Assembly (NCBI GenBank): GCA_030603385.1
Contig: JAUVXW010000007.1
Location: 73,678 to 137,677, forward strand
Direction of reading: 5' to 3'
Source: Promethearchaeota archaeon
GTDB taxonomy: Archaea; Asgardarchaeota; Lokiarchaeia; Sigyniarchaeales; SOKP01
DNA length: 64,000 nucleotides
The notes below the pieces were generated by a model. That model made no database searches. It saw nothing but the letters and a program-made list of their open reading frames with translations, and was not told the origin of the DNA. A program made the translations under genes and the position numbers. Each line of letters begins with the position of its first letter. Position 1 is the first letter of the stretch. This document shows positions 18,753 through 29,011 of the stretch, in pieces.

Positions 18753-19595
18753 TTATAAATTTATGAATTCTAAAAAGATATCAATTAAATCTTGAAGAAC
18801 TAAAGCCTTTGCGATATCTCCTTCTATAATTATCTTTCCCTCCATATAGGCAGACACAGGATTACCATTTATTAGTAATTCTGCAGAAGTTTTAAGGTTC
18901 ATTTCTAAAATTAAATTAGGATTAGGTGCCTCTCCTTTGGACCATCCCATTCTATTATTGGCTATACGGATAATATAATTATCAAGATCAGTGATTTTCA
19001 TTTGAATACTTAAATCTTCTTCTGAGATTATTTCTTTAGCTTCAGGATTGTTATTTACAAAAACTGTTAAAACCTCAAAAAAGAGGGGAACTTGTGATGG
19101 TTTGACATTAGATGGTCCCTTTAAATACACATTTATGAGATCTTTCATTGAATTGGCATCAATCACTCCTTTTTTATCTTGGTTGTCATTAACTTCTAAT
19201 AATTCAAAAGCCAACTCTAAGATTTCAATAAATATAATTACCTTAAGTATTTCCCCTTCAATTTTAAAAAATTCAGAGAAATAGGCGTCTAGAGGATCTA
19301 CATGGCCAAGTAATAAATTAGAAATCGTTTTTAGATTTGATTTTATAATAAAATCTGGAGATTTTAAAGTACCTTTATTAAATTCGGCATTTTTATCTTC
19401 TATAATAAGATGATATGGTTCAGCATCTTTAATTTTCACTATCATCTTTAGTTTATATCCTTCAATAAGTTTTTGAGCCTCCGGATTAGTATTGATAAAA
19501 TCACAGAGTGTTTGAAATATAACAGGAATATCGTCAATGCTAACGGCTTCAGCGCCTTTTTGTCTAATCTCAATTAACCTTTTAATGTTTTCCAT
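18753..19595 (-). CDS. Tandem SCP2 (sterol-carrier-like) lipid-binding protein
   Basis: Two internal repeats ending in G..DP..AY....KIEG and G.P..AYM.GKI.IEGD. Confidence 0.82.
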   Translation of the reverse strand: MENIKRLIEIRQKGAEAVSIDDIPVIFQTLCDFINTNPEAQKLIEGYKLKMIVKIKDAEPYHLIIEDKNAEFNKGTLKSPDFIIKSNLKTISNLLLGHVDPLDAYFSEFFKIEGEILKVIIFIEILELAFELLEVNDNQDKKGVIDANSMKDLINVYLKGPSNVKPSQVPLFFEVLTVFVNNNPEAKEIISEEDLSIQMKITDLDNYIIRIANNRMGWSKGEAPNPNLILEMNLKTSAELLINGNPVSAYMEGKIIIEGDIAKALVLQDLIDIFLEFINL

Positions 19596-19633
19596 TTTAT
19601 ATTGTTTTCAAATTTTTTAATTTATTACATTAA

Positions 19634-21172
19634 TCAATATCTATAAATTGAAAATTCTTTATCTAATTTTTTTTTCAGACTTAATGGAAAATTAAATCTA
19701 TTTGAATACAAGTCAAAAATCAAATCATCAATTTTCTTTTGATGGTCTGTGTAATCATAATTTGGATTATATTCTTTATTTCTGATAATCTCATTGACTA
19801 ATTTTTCAACAATTATTTTTGTTTCATTATCTGTTGAAATAATAGGTAAAGCCTGGATTCCTGTTATTTGAATACTATTGGTATTATTGATAATTCCTTT
19901 AGCTAGGTAATTATATAAAGAACTATTCAACAATCCTAACATATATGGGGTTGTAATAGTTTTATCCCTAATTATAAATCCAATAGCTTTATTTGAGTCC
20001 CAATAGCATCCTTTTGGCATATAACGTGCTGCTAATCTTGAACTTACACCACTAATTATAATACCCTCCTGTTCAAACGGTACATTCACGGGGATATCAT
20101 AATTTTTTTTAGATTCTTCATCCCAATCTAATGCTTCTATAATTGGTCTATAATATTGTTCTGCTCCTCCTCTCTTTAAATAAGGCTTCCACCTTATTGA
20201 TTCAAGGTCTTTTTTTAAAATAATTTTATATTTTCGATTTGGATCAGATATTCTCTTATTTCTTCTCTTAAAAACCTCTGCTAATTCTGTTTCTTCAATA
20301 GCTGCTATGTATTTCCTATTATTATGGGTATGCATTCCAATATATCCTTTCAGATAATTATCTAATTTAGGTGCATTTTCAAATAATTCAATAATTTCTT
20401 CTTCAACACCAATAAAAAATATGTTAAATGGTAAGGAATTATATTTCTTTTGTTCTGTTTCATTGACAATCTTTGGATCTCTGTAATCTTCCTCGCTATT
20501 TACTCTAGGAATTATCCTCATTATATTTTTTTCCCTGATCTTTTTATTTTTTTGACCTGAGCATTTTGTTAAGATAATAATAGCTGCACTTGTGCTTACA
20601 TTTTGACTAGAAAACAAATTTTTTGGTGCTAAAAGAATTTCATTAATCACACAGTTATTGAGAATAAATCTCCTTAGATTTTTATGGGTACTTAGAGTTA
20701 AAAATGAATCACTAGTTATAAAACCCAATTTTCCACCCTCTTTTAAGCGCCAAATGCTATTTACAATAAACATAGCATATGTTTCATGAGCATTTATTTT
20801 CCCGTAAATTTTTCTTAGTTTTACTTTGTTTTTACGAACATACGCACTTGCTTTATTTAGATATGGTGGGTTTCCAACAATAAAATCGAACTCATTATAC
20901 GAATCAGGGTATAAAGCGATAAGTGTATCCTGTGCTTTAAAGGAAACTCCGAATTTTTCTATCTCTCCTTTAATACTTGCATTTATATCATACGTAAATA
21001 TCTGGTAACTGTCAATCCCAAACTCTATTAATTTATTTACGAAAATACCAGGTCCGACGCAAGGATCCAAAATTTTCTGATATTCTTTAATCTTCCCTAA
21101 TCTTGAAATTATATATTCTACTGTTAGAGGAGGAGTAGTAACTACTCCTAAATCCTTCCTATTAAACTTGAT
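19634..21172 (-). CDS. Orphan N6-adenine DNA methyltransferase (TaqI/Eco57I-like gamma class)
   Basis: LDPCVGPGIF motif I, GNPPY motif IV, TaqI-C-like GLLNSSL. The frame extends upstream of the track start (IKFNRKDLGVVTTPP..) to an ATC at 21172. Confidence 0.85.
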   Translation of the reverse strand: MKFNRKDLGVVTTPPLTVEYIISRLGKIKEYQKILDPCVGPGIFVNKLIEFGIDSYQIFTYDINASIKGEIEKFGVSFKAQDTLIALYPDSYNEFDFIVGNPPYLNKASAYVRKNKVKLRKIYGKINAHETYAMFIVNSIWRLKEGGKLGFITSDSFLTLSTHKNLRRFILNNCVINEILLAPKNLFSSQNVSTSAAIIILTKCSGQKNKKIREKNIMRIIPRVNSEEDYRDPKIVNETEQKKYNSLPFNIFFIGVEEEIIELFENAPKLDNYLKGYIGMHTHNNRKYIAAIEETELAEVFKRRNKRISDPNRKYKIILKKDLESIRWKPYLKRGGAEQYYRPIIEALDWDEESKKNYDIPVNVPFEQEGIIISGVSSRLAARYMPKGCYWDSNKAIGFIIRDKTITTPYMLGLLNSSLYNYLAKGIINNTNSIQITGIQALPIISTDNETKIIVEKLVNEIIRNKEYNPNYDYTDHQKKIDDLIFDLYSNRFNFPLSLKKKLDKEFSIYRY

Positions 21173-21174
21173 TC

Positions 21175-22347
21175 CTAATCAGCACTCTTAGATTGTTTAT
21201 TTAAATTAATATCAACTTCATTTAATAGAATTATATAAAACTGGGAGAGTTTTCTCAAAAGTGTTAAATCTATTTTATCCACATCATCATTAACAGAATG
21301 GATATAATTATAAGAGCTCTTATCACCATTACCAACTCCTTGGAATTTCTTATTTGCAAGAAATAACCCGTCAGTATATGTACCAATGTAGAACCTTCGT
21401 GTTTTTTCTAAACTCATTATATCTTTATTTTCTAAAATATAATTGTTAGATTTAAAATATTTATTATTAAGGAGACCATGATCCCATAAGACTACTCTTT
21501 TAGCAATTGAATCAAAGTTGATTATAAAAGTCTTATTTCTATCATAATGCTTAATATTTTTATAAAAATTTCTTATTCCCATAGTACCGGATTCTTCTGC
21601 ACCCGTAAAAACGAAACATAAATCATAATTTTTAAGCCTATTTTCTGGATCCGAATAATATTGTAGAATTTCTAACACGCAGGATATCCCAGAAGCGTTA
21701 TCTATTGCACCTTTAGATTTATTATTAGTGGTATTCAACCAGATTATTACAGTCGTTACACAATTAATAATTAAGATCAAAATAGCAAAAATATACAATA
21801 ATAAAATATCTTCAAAAAAGACAAAATAATTGAGTATATTAATTAATAGGCATAAAGGAAAAGAAATTATCCAGATATAATATAATTGGATACGAATTTT
21901 TATTGAGAAAGCTTGTCCTTTTGAGTCTAAATGTGAAAATAAAAAAATATTATTGTCAGAGGTTCTATTCTTAAATTGAGATGGTATATTTACAAATAAA
22001 TTTTGAGAATGATATTGCCGTCCTATTTTAAGTTTCTCTGGATTCCTTGTAAGTAAAATTAGAATTAAAATTAATATAAAAATTAGAAACAGATTAACTA
22101 TCGTAAAAATCGGTTGAATATTTAAAAATATGACTACAAGGAGCCAACTTAATAATGATAAAGAAATTTTTGGATAGATTCTTGAATAGAATGTACTAAA
22201 TGAGAATTCTTGAATTTTTGGAGTAAGATTTAGATCTTCTACTTTCTGTTTAGCTATGTTGAAACTTATTTTTTCAAATTTAGTTCCAGATAATCTTGGA
22301 AAAGAGAATTCTTTTAAATTTTTTAATATACGTGTTTCATCAATCAT
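21175..22347 (-). CDS. Membrane-embedded M28 family metallopeptidase
   Basis: SHLDS, GAIDNASG, GAEESG, NFDS and HS..DD motifs; 4 TM helices. Confidence 0.85.
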   Translation of the reverse strand: MIDETRILKNLKEFSFPRLSGTKFEKISFNIAKQKVEDLNLTPKIQEFSFSTFYSRIYPKISLSLLSWLLVVIFLNIQPIFTIVNLFLIFILILILILLTRNPEKLKIGRQYHSQNLFVNIPSQFKNRTSDNNIFLFSHLDSKGQAFSIKIRIQLYYIWIISFPLCLLINILNYFVFFEDILLLYIFAILILIINCVTTVIIWLNTTNNKSKGAIDNASGISCVLEILQYYSDPENRLKNYDLCFVFTGAEESGTMGIRNFYKNIKHYDRNKTFIINFDSIAKRVVLWDHGLLNNKYFKSNNYILENKDIMSLEKTRRFYIGTYTDGLFLANKKFQGVGNGDKSSYNYIHSVNDDVDKIDLTLLRKLSQFYIILLNEVDINLNKQSKSAD

Positions 22348-22358
22348 GGTTCAAATAA

Positions 22359-24026
22359 TTATTGTAAATATGCTCCATTTTTCGCAGAGCTTACTATTTT
22401 TCTATAAATGTTTAAGTAACCAGTTTTAAACCTTGGGTCAGGTCTTTCCCATTCTTTTAACCTTTTTTTTATTTCTTTGGGAGGGATTAATAAGTCTAAT
22501 TTTCGATTATCAATATCAATTTCAATCTCATCCCCATCTTCTACAATAGCTATAGGACCCCCTTCAAATGCTTCAGGACATACATGTCCTATACAGGGCC
22601 CTCGCGTAGCCCCCGAATACCGACCATCAGTAATCATGGCTACAGAATCACCTAATCCCATTCCTACGAGCATGGCGGCGGGTATAGATAATTCTCTCAT
22701 TCCTGGAGATCCTTTCGGTCCCTCATAACGAATCACTAAAACTTCACCTGGTTCTACTAGATTAAATATTAACGCGTCTCTAAGTTGCTCCTCACATTCA
22801 AATACTCGTGCAGGTCCTTTATGATGTCTCATTTTAGTATTTACAGCACTTTGTTTTATGATAGCACCCTCTGGGGCTAAATTTCCTTTTAAAACTGCTA
22901 TACCTCCTTCACTAGCTATTGGATCTTCAAAATTTCGAATTATATGGTAATCATGGATCTCAACGATGTCTAAATAATCTTTTAATGTAATTCCAAAAAC
23001 ATTTTTTGTAGATAAATCTAATACACTTGATAACTTTTTCATTAAAACTCCAACACCACCTGCTCCATGAAATTCTGTGAGGTTATATTCTGAGGCTGGT
23101 TTGAATTTTGCCAGTAATGGAACGGACTTACTTAAACTATCAAAATCAAAATGGTTTATGGATCCTCCAATCTCATGGGATAACGCACACATATGCAAAA
23201 CCATATTTGTAGAACCTCCAAAAGATAAGGCGACTTTGATAGCATTTTCGATAGATTCAGGAGTGATGAGATCTAATGCTTTAACATCCTCCTCAACTAA
23301 TTTCATAATGATTCTGCCGGATAATTTTGATAAATTTTCTCGGTCCTCACTAATAGCACTCATTGTAGCACAACCAGGCAATGTAAGTCCCATAGCTTCT
23401 ACAATACATGCCATTGTATTTGCAGTACCCATCATATTACATTCGCCAGGAGAACAGCATGTTTGAGATTCTATTAAAAAAAGCTCATCTTTAGTTAATT
23501 TACCTGCCATAAATTGACCAATTGCTTCTTTTATATCAGAGGTTACATAGGTTTTTCCTTTAAGAGGTCCATTTTCAAAAAATTTTGCTTCCATTATCCC
23601 TCCAGTTAAAAATACTGTAGGAATATTACATCTAGCTGCTGCTAAAAGCATCCCTGGAATAATTTTATCGCAAGAACACAACATTACCATTCCATCAAAA
23701 TTATATGCTTTAATAGTGCATTCAACTGAAGCTGCTATTACTTCTCTCGAGGGTAAAATAAATTTAGAAAAGTTACCTGAATTAGCGATTCCATCACAAG
23801 ACGCTATTGTATTAAATTCCATAGGAGTGCCCCCCGCTTCTTTAACACCCTTTTTAACAAATTCAGCTAATTTCCGTAAGTGAATATGCCCCGGATTAAT
23901 TTCATTCCATGAATTAACTATTGCGATTCTAGGTTTCTTTAGATCATCCGAAGAATAACCGCATCCATAATATAATGCTCTCTCATATACCTTTCTTGAA
24001 TCTAATTCGTCTTGGTTTGCTGACAT
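22359..24026 (-). CDS. ilvD: Dihydroxy-acid dehydratase
   Basis: CDG, CDKIIPG, C..MGTANTM, GGSTN, YEGPKG.PGM and TDGRYSG motifs. Confidence 0.93.
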   Translation of the reverse strand: MSANQDELDSRKVYERALYYGCGYSSDDLKKPRIAIVNSWNEINPGHIHLRKLAEFVKKGVKEAGGTPMEFNTIASCDGIANSGNFSKFILPSREVIAASVECTIKAYNFDGMVMLCSCDKIIPGMLLAAARCNIPTVFLTGGIMEAKFFENGPLKGKTYVTSDIKEAIGQFMAGKLTKDELFLIESQTCCSPGECNMMGTANTMACIVEAMGLTLPGCATMSAISEDRENLSKLSGRIIMKLVEEDVKALDLITPESIENAIKVALSFGGSTNMVLHMCALSHEIGGSINHFDFDSLSKSVPLLAKFKPASEYNLTEFHGAGGVGVLMKKLSSVLDLSTKNVFGITLKDYLDIVEIHDYHIIRNFEDPIASEGGIAVLKGNLAPEGAIIKQSAVNTKMRHHKGPARVFECEEQLRDALIFNLVEPGEVLVIRYEGPKGSPGMRELSIPAAMLVGMGLGDSVAMITDGRYSGATRGPCIGHVCPEAFEGGPIAIVEDGDEIEIDIDNRKLDLLIPPKEIKKRLKEWERPDPRFKTGYLNIYRKIVSSAKNGAYLQ

Positions 24027-24152
24027 TGAGAATAATAAATTTAATTAATTAATGAAATTTGCTATGATATTCAATTTGCGAACTTTAATTTAAACATTTA
24101 TAATGTTGATAATCATATTTTATTTAATCTTTAAAAGACATCTTAATAATTC

Positions 24153-24914
24153 CTAAAATCTTAAAGATAAACAAGAAAGTCCCCCATCCATCTTTCTAAA
24201 TTCAGTTATATCAAGTTTAAGTACCTTACATCCTAGACTTGAAATTGAGTTTATTAACTTCTCATAACCATTTGCAAGTAAAACATAATTATTTACTCTT
24301 ATACAATTAGCAGCATAACTCTCATCTTCATCAACTTTGATTATATTATAATTTTGAAAAAGAGGATTATCTATAAATTCCCCTGAAACAATCAAGTTCT
24401 TGTCTCCAATATAAACTAATCCAGTTTTTAGGTGAATTACCTCTTTTAATTTAACTAATATACAAGAATATCCATATTTCTTTAAGATTTCTTTCAATTG
24501 TAATGCTCCTACTTTATTTGTTCGCTGAGAGATCCCAATGAAATATTGATCCTCTACTCTAAGAACATCGCCACCATCTAAAGTTCCCGGTTTTTCTATT
24601 GATTCTACATTTTCATAAAATTTATCCAGAACTTTCCTTATTTCTATTTCTTCGCCTTTCCTGCTTGTTGCGCCTAAATTAGCAATAATGGCTAAATCCT
24701 CGTTGACAACTGCTGTATCTTCAACAAACGTTGAATCTGGAAATCTATCATCTGTTTCTAATGTTAAAACCTTCAGTCCACATTTCCTTAATGCTTTAAT
24801 GTAATCTGAATGCTGAATAAGAGCCTTATTATAATCAGGTTTTCCTAATTTTGATGAGGTTAAACCATATTGAAAGTTTTTTGAGACAGTTCTCACAATA
24901 GCATGCTTAAACAT
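24153..24914 (-). CDS. ddah: N(G),N(G)-dimethylarginine dimethylaminohydrolase (amidinotransferase fold)
   Basis: FPDSTFVEDTA, LDGGDVL, HLKTG and DGGLSCLS motifs. Confidence 0.88.
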   Translation of the reverse strand: MFKHAIVRTVSKNFQYGLTSSKLGKPDYNKALIQHSDYIKALRKCGLKVLTLETDDRFPDSTFVEDTAVVNEDLAIIANLGATSRKGEEIEIRKVLDKFYENVESIEKPGTLDGGDVLRVEDQYFIGISQRTNKVGALQLKEILKKYGYSCILVKLKEVIHLKTGLVYIGDKNLIVSGEFIDNPLFQNYNIIKVDEDESYAANCIRVNNYVLLANGYEKLINSISSLGCKVLKLDITEFRKMDGGLSCLSLRF

Positions 24915-25055
24915 AAGACCATTAAGAACTAAGTAATTTCTGCTAACTATAACTATATTTACCAGATTTTATTAATTTGAAAAGTCGGCTTAAAATTATA
25001 AATCTTCATAAATTCAAAATATTATTGAGAAAATTATTTTTTAGGAGAAAGTCAT

Positions 25056-26831
25056 ATGAAAGTAATATTTATTCTATTTGATACATTAAATAGGCGTTTT
25101 TTGCCCCCTTATGGGAATAATTGGGTTCATGCACCAAATTTTAAAAGGTTAGCAGAAAAAACGGTGATTTTTGACAATTGTTATTGTGGGAGTTTAATGT
25201 GTATCCCTGCTAGAAGAGAGCTTCATACAGGGAGACATAACTTTTTGCACAGAAGTTGGGGACCTTTAGAACCATTTGATGATTCAATGCCAGAAATTTT
25301 AAAGAATAATGGTGTTTATTCCCATCTTGTAAGTGATCATTACCATTATTGGGAAGATGGAGGTGCAACATACCATAATAGGTACAATTCATGGGAAATT
25401 GCTCGAGGTCATGAAGGTGATCCTTGGAAAGGAGAAGTAAGTGACCCTGACATACCTGAATCCGTACCTAATATGCGACAAAATTGGCCTCATTGGCGTC
25501 AAGATTGGGTAAATAGAAAATATATGCAAAGAGAAGAAGACCAGCCTCAGGCAGTAACTTTTAAACTAGGATTGGAGTTTATTGAAAAGAATCATACGGA
25601 AGATAATTGGGTCCTACATATCGAAACATTTGACCCACACGAGCCCTTTTTTACACAACAGAAATATAAAGATTTATATAAACATGAATATAACGGTCCT
25701 CATTTCGATTGGCCTAATTATAGTATAGTAACAGAAACTGAAGAGCAAGTACAACATATTAAAAAAGAATATGCTGCCTCGATAAGTATGTGTGATACTT
25801 ATCTTGGCAAGATTCTCGATACAATGGATGAGAAAAATATGTGGAAAGATACAATGCTTGTTGTTACAACTGATCATGGTTTTTTTTTAGGTGAAAAAGG
25901 TTGGTGGGCAAAGGCAGTACAACCTATCTATAATGAAATTGCTCAAATACCATTATTTATATGGGATCCAAGATCAAATAAGAAAAATGAAAGAAGAAAT
26001 GCTCTTGTACAAACCACAGATATTGTTCCTACAATTCTTGAGTTTTTTGGGATAAAACGAACAAAAGATATGCAGGGTAAAGTTTTAAAAGAAACTATTA
26101 ATTCAGATGCAAAAATAAGGGAATTTGCGTTATTTGGAACTCATGGAGCTCATGTAAACATAACTGATGGTCGATATGTTTACATGAGAGGACCTACAAA
26201 TCTTTTAAATAAACCACTTTATGAATATACACTTATACCTACCCACATGCGTGGATTTTTTTCAATTAATGAGTTGAAAACTATGGAATTGGCTGAAGCT
26301 TTTAATTTTACTAAAGGATGTAAGCTTATAAGAACTAACTCAAGATATAGATATGTAAATCCATATATTTTTGGGAGTTTACTTTTCGATCTTCAAATTG
26401 ACCCTTACCAAGAAAATCCAATAGTTGACTCTAAAATTGAAAAAAAGATGATTAAGGCAATGGTTGAAGAAATGAAGAATAATGATTCCCCAATTGAACA
26501 ATTCGAACGTCTTGGAATTCCTTATGAGGGTGAAATTACAAATGATAATCTAGATTTAATGGAAAGTCGATCAGGGATGAAAGATAAGATCGGAGATACC
26601 GAATTTGTATGGATTAACAAAGGAAAAAGCATGTATTCTCTTATTTTGGGTTATCTTCCAAAACCTCTACAAAAGCAAATTAACTTACAACTAGAACAAG
26701 AGATTAAGAATAAAACTACTACTGAAATAGATGAAGATTTATTAGTGCAAATGTTCGAAAAATTCCTTCCTAAAAATTTTCTTCCACTATTTAGAACCAT
26801 GGTAAAATTAGTTAAAGTTAAGGCAAAGTAA
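25056..26831 (+). CDS. Cys-type sulfatase
   Basis: DTL, CIPARRELHTGR (CxPxR), DPHEP and TTDHG motifs. Confidence 0.92.
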   Translation: MKVIFILFDTLNRRFLPPYGNNWVHAPNFKRLAEKTVIFDNCYCGSLMCIPARRELHTGRHNFLHRSWGPLEPFDDSMPEILKNNGVYSHLVSDHYHYWEDGGATYHNRYNSWEIARGHEGDPWKGEVSDPDIPESVPNMRQNWPHWRQDWVNRKYMQREEDQPQAVTFKLGLEFIEKNHTEDNWVLHIETFDPHEPFFTQQKYKDLYKHEYNGPHFDWPNYSIVTETEEQVQHIKKEYAASISMCDTYLGKILDTMDEKNMWKDTMLVVTTDHGFFLGEKGWWAKAVQPIYNEIAQIPLFIWDPRSNKKNERRNALVQTTDIVPTILEFFGIKRTKDMQGKVLKETINSDAKIREFALFGTHGAHVNITDGRYVYMRGPTNLLNKPLYEYTLIPTHMRGFFSINELKTMELAEAFNFTKGCKLIRTNSRYRYVNPYIFGSLLFDLQIDPYQENPIVDSKIEKKMIKAMVEEMKNNDSPIEQFERLGIPYEGEITNDNLDLMESRSGMKDKIGDTEFVWINKGKSMYSLILGYLPKPLQKQINLQLEQEIKNKTTTEIDEDLLVQMFEKFLPKNFLPLFRTMVKLVKVKAK

Positions 26832-26864
26832 ATCAAAATGGAAGTTGCGTAGAATAATAAAAAA

Positions 26865-28073
26865 ATGAAATCTTTCTCATTATTGATAAAGCCAGTTTCA
26901 GCGGATTGCAACTTAAGATGCGAATATTGTTTTTATATAGATCATCTAGATACTGTAGAAAAAAAACCTAGAATGTCAGAAAGTACATTAGAAACCATGA
27001 TTGCAAGTTATATGCAGACCGATCAAAACAACCAATATGCTTTTGGCTGGCAAGGAGGTGAACCCACATTATTAGGAATAAAATTTTGGGAAAAAGTTGT
27101 AGAACTTCAAACAAAATATGCACCGCCCGGAGCAGTAATAAGTAATGGGCTTCAAACAAATGGAACTCTTATTACAGATGAATTAGCTAAATTTTTTGCG
27201 GAATATAGGTTTCTTCTTGGTGTGAGTCTTGATGGTCCCCGTTACCTCCATGACTTTTATAGAAAGACGATAGGTAATACACCTACACATAACTTAGTTA
27301 TGCGTGGAATAGAACATTTGAAAAAGAATAAAGTTGAATTAAATATCCTTTCTTTAGTTAATAATAAAACTGTAAAGAAACCCTCCGAAATTTATCGATA
27401 TTTGAAAGAACATGAATTCTATTATCATCAATATATACCATGTGTTGAATTTGATGGAAATAGAAATCTAAAACCCTATTCAATTACGGGAGAAGACTGG
27501 GGAACATTTCTTTGTGAATTATTTGAACTTTGGATAAAAACTGATATAAATAAAGTCTCAATCCGTCTATTTGATTCAATTATCAATTATTTAGTACATG
27601 GGAATTATAGTGTTTGCTATATGGGAACTAATTGTTGTCAATATTTCGTAGTTGAATATGATGGTAGCGTTTATCCATGTGATTTTTTTGTACGGAAAGA
27701 TTTGCTGTTAGGTAATGTGAAAACAAATAGTTGGGATGATTTTGTAAATTCTTCAAAATATCATGATTTTGGTGCCCAAAAAGCAGAATGGAATGATACA
27801 TGTAAAGATTGTCTATTTATTAACATGTGCAATGGAGATTGCCAAATATTTCGATTTAGTAGATCTTTATCATCACATTCTTTAAGTATTTTATGTAAAG
27901 GATGGAAAAAATTTTATGTTAATACCCTACCTCGTTTTAAGATTATAGCTAATGCAATAAAAAACAATAAGGAAGTTAGTTCACCAATTCAGATTAAAGC
28001 AAAGAAAATCGGTAGAAATTCACCATGCCCCTGTGGAAGTTTAAAGAAGTATAAAGATTGTTGCTTAAGATAA
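26865..28073 (+). CDS. Anaerobic sulfatase-maturating radical SAM enzyme (SPASM) with C-terminal SEC-C motif
   Basis: CNLRCEYC, WQGGEP, YPCD, SPASM cysteines and GRNSPCPCGS.KKYK.CC. Confidence 0.93.
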   Translation: MKSFSLLIKPVSADCNLRCEYCFYIDHLDTVEKKPRMSESTLETMIASYMQTDQNNQYAFGWQGGEPTLLGIKFWEKVVELQTKYAPPGAVISNGLQTNGTLITDELAKFFAEYRFLLGVSLDGPRYLHDFYRKTIGNTPTHNLVMRGIEHLKKNKVELNILSLVNNKTVKKPSEIYRYLKEHEFYYHQYIPCVEFDGNRNLKPYSITGEDWGTFLCELFELWIKTDINKVSIRLFDSIINYLVHGNYSVCYMGTNCCQYFVVEYDGSVYPCDFFVRKDLLLGNVKTNSWDDFVNSSKYHDFGAQKAEWNDTCKDCLFINMCNGDCQIFRFSRSLSSHSLSILCKGWKKFYVNTLPRFKIIANAIKNNKEVSSPIQIKAKKIGRNSPCPCGSLKKYKDCCLR

Positions 28074-28217
28074 AAATATTTTACTGAGTTCCTTAAATGC
28101 TCACTTAATTTATTTTACCTATATGTAAATTTTAAAATAAAATTTTAAAAGTAGATGACATTGCATTCTGTAACTAAATGTTTTAAAAAAAAAAAAAAAA
28201 TTAGGTTGATTAACAAA

Positions 28218-28643
28218 ATGGTTGACGAAAATTTAATAAAAGAATTAAAAGAAATGAGAGAAAAAGGTCCAAGCGCACCTTCTGATGCCCTTAAAATGTT
28301 CGAATTCATGAAGCAACTCGCAGCAGAAAACGATGAATTAAAAGAAGAATTAGAAGATATTGATACTGTGATTGTCCAAATGGAAGTAACTGATATAGAT
28401 TTTAAATATTGGGTTAAATTTGGTGAAGGAATAGTTGATTATGGTGAAGGGGCGAGTGATGAAGTGAGTGTTACTATGAAAGCAACACAAGCAACTTGGA
28501 CTGGATTGAGTGCAGGCGAGATTGATTCAACAAGCGCATATATGTCTGGAGACCTCGTCATTGAGGGAAATCTTCAGGATGCAATCGCCTTCGGTGAGAT
28601 TCAAAGTCTCGCAACGGAACTTGGTGCAGAACTTTTAGAATAA
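28218..28643 (+). CDS. SCP2 lipid-binding domain protein
   Basis: GEIDSTSAYMSGDLVIEGN motif. ATG at 28218 is preferred because the track start runs through a poly-A tract. Confidence 0.85.
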   Translation: MVDENLIKELKEMREKGPSAPSDALKMFEFMKQLAAENDELKEELEDIDTVIVQMEVTDIDFKYWVKFGEGIVDYGEGASDEVSVTMKATQATWTGLSAGEIDSTSAYMSGDLVIEGNLQDAIAFGEIQSLATELGAELLE

Positions 28644-29011
28644 ATCTTTTACTTTAGAAAAATACATTCTATAATTTTCTTTTTTTTTATTTCATTTAAT
28701 CCTTGCATAGATTGTTAAAATTAAGGGAACTCACTGCTAAACCTTAAATTAATTAATATTTTCAATATTATCAGATATGCCTAATCTTATTTTTATTTTG
28801 TCGTGGTTTTTTAAAAATGTTAAAAAGTTTGATTGAAAATTGGGTGATATAGTAATTTTCCACTTTAAAGGCTTATTTAATTCACTTTTTCCTTCTAAAT
28901 TAAATTGAAATTTGGTATAACATAAAAGTTTTAAGAAATATTCTGATTTAATATAATAATCTTTTTGTAAGTGAAAGTAAGATCATTAACATCAATATAT
29001 TTATTTAGATC

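Noticed and set aside
19634-21172. 5'-truncated methyltransferase pseudogene
   Set aside because: The frame is intact through motif X and all later motifs, so a non-canonical start explains it better.
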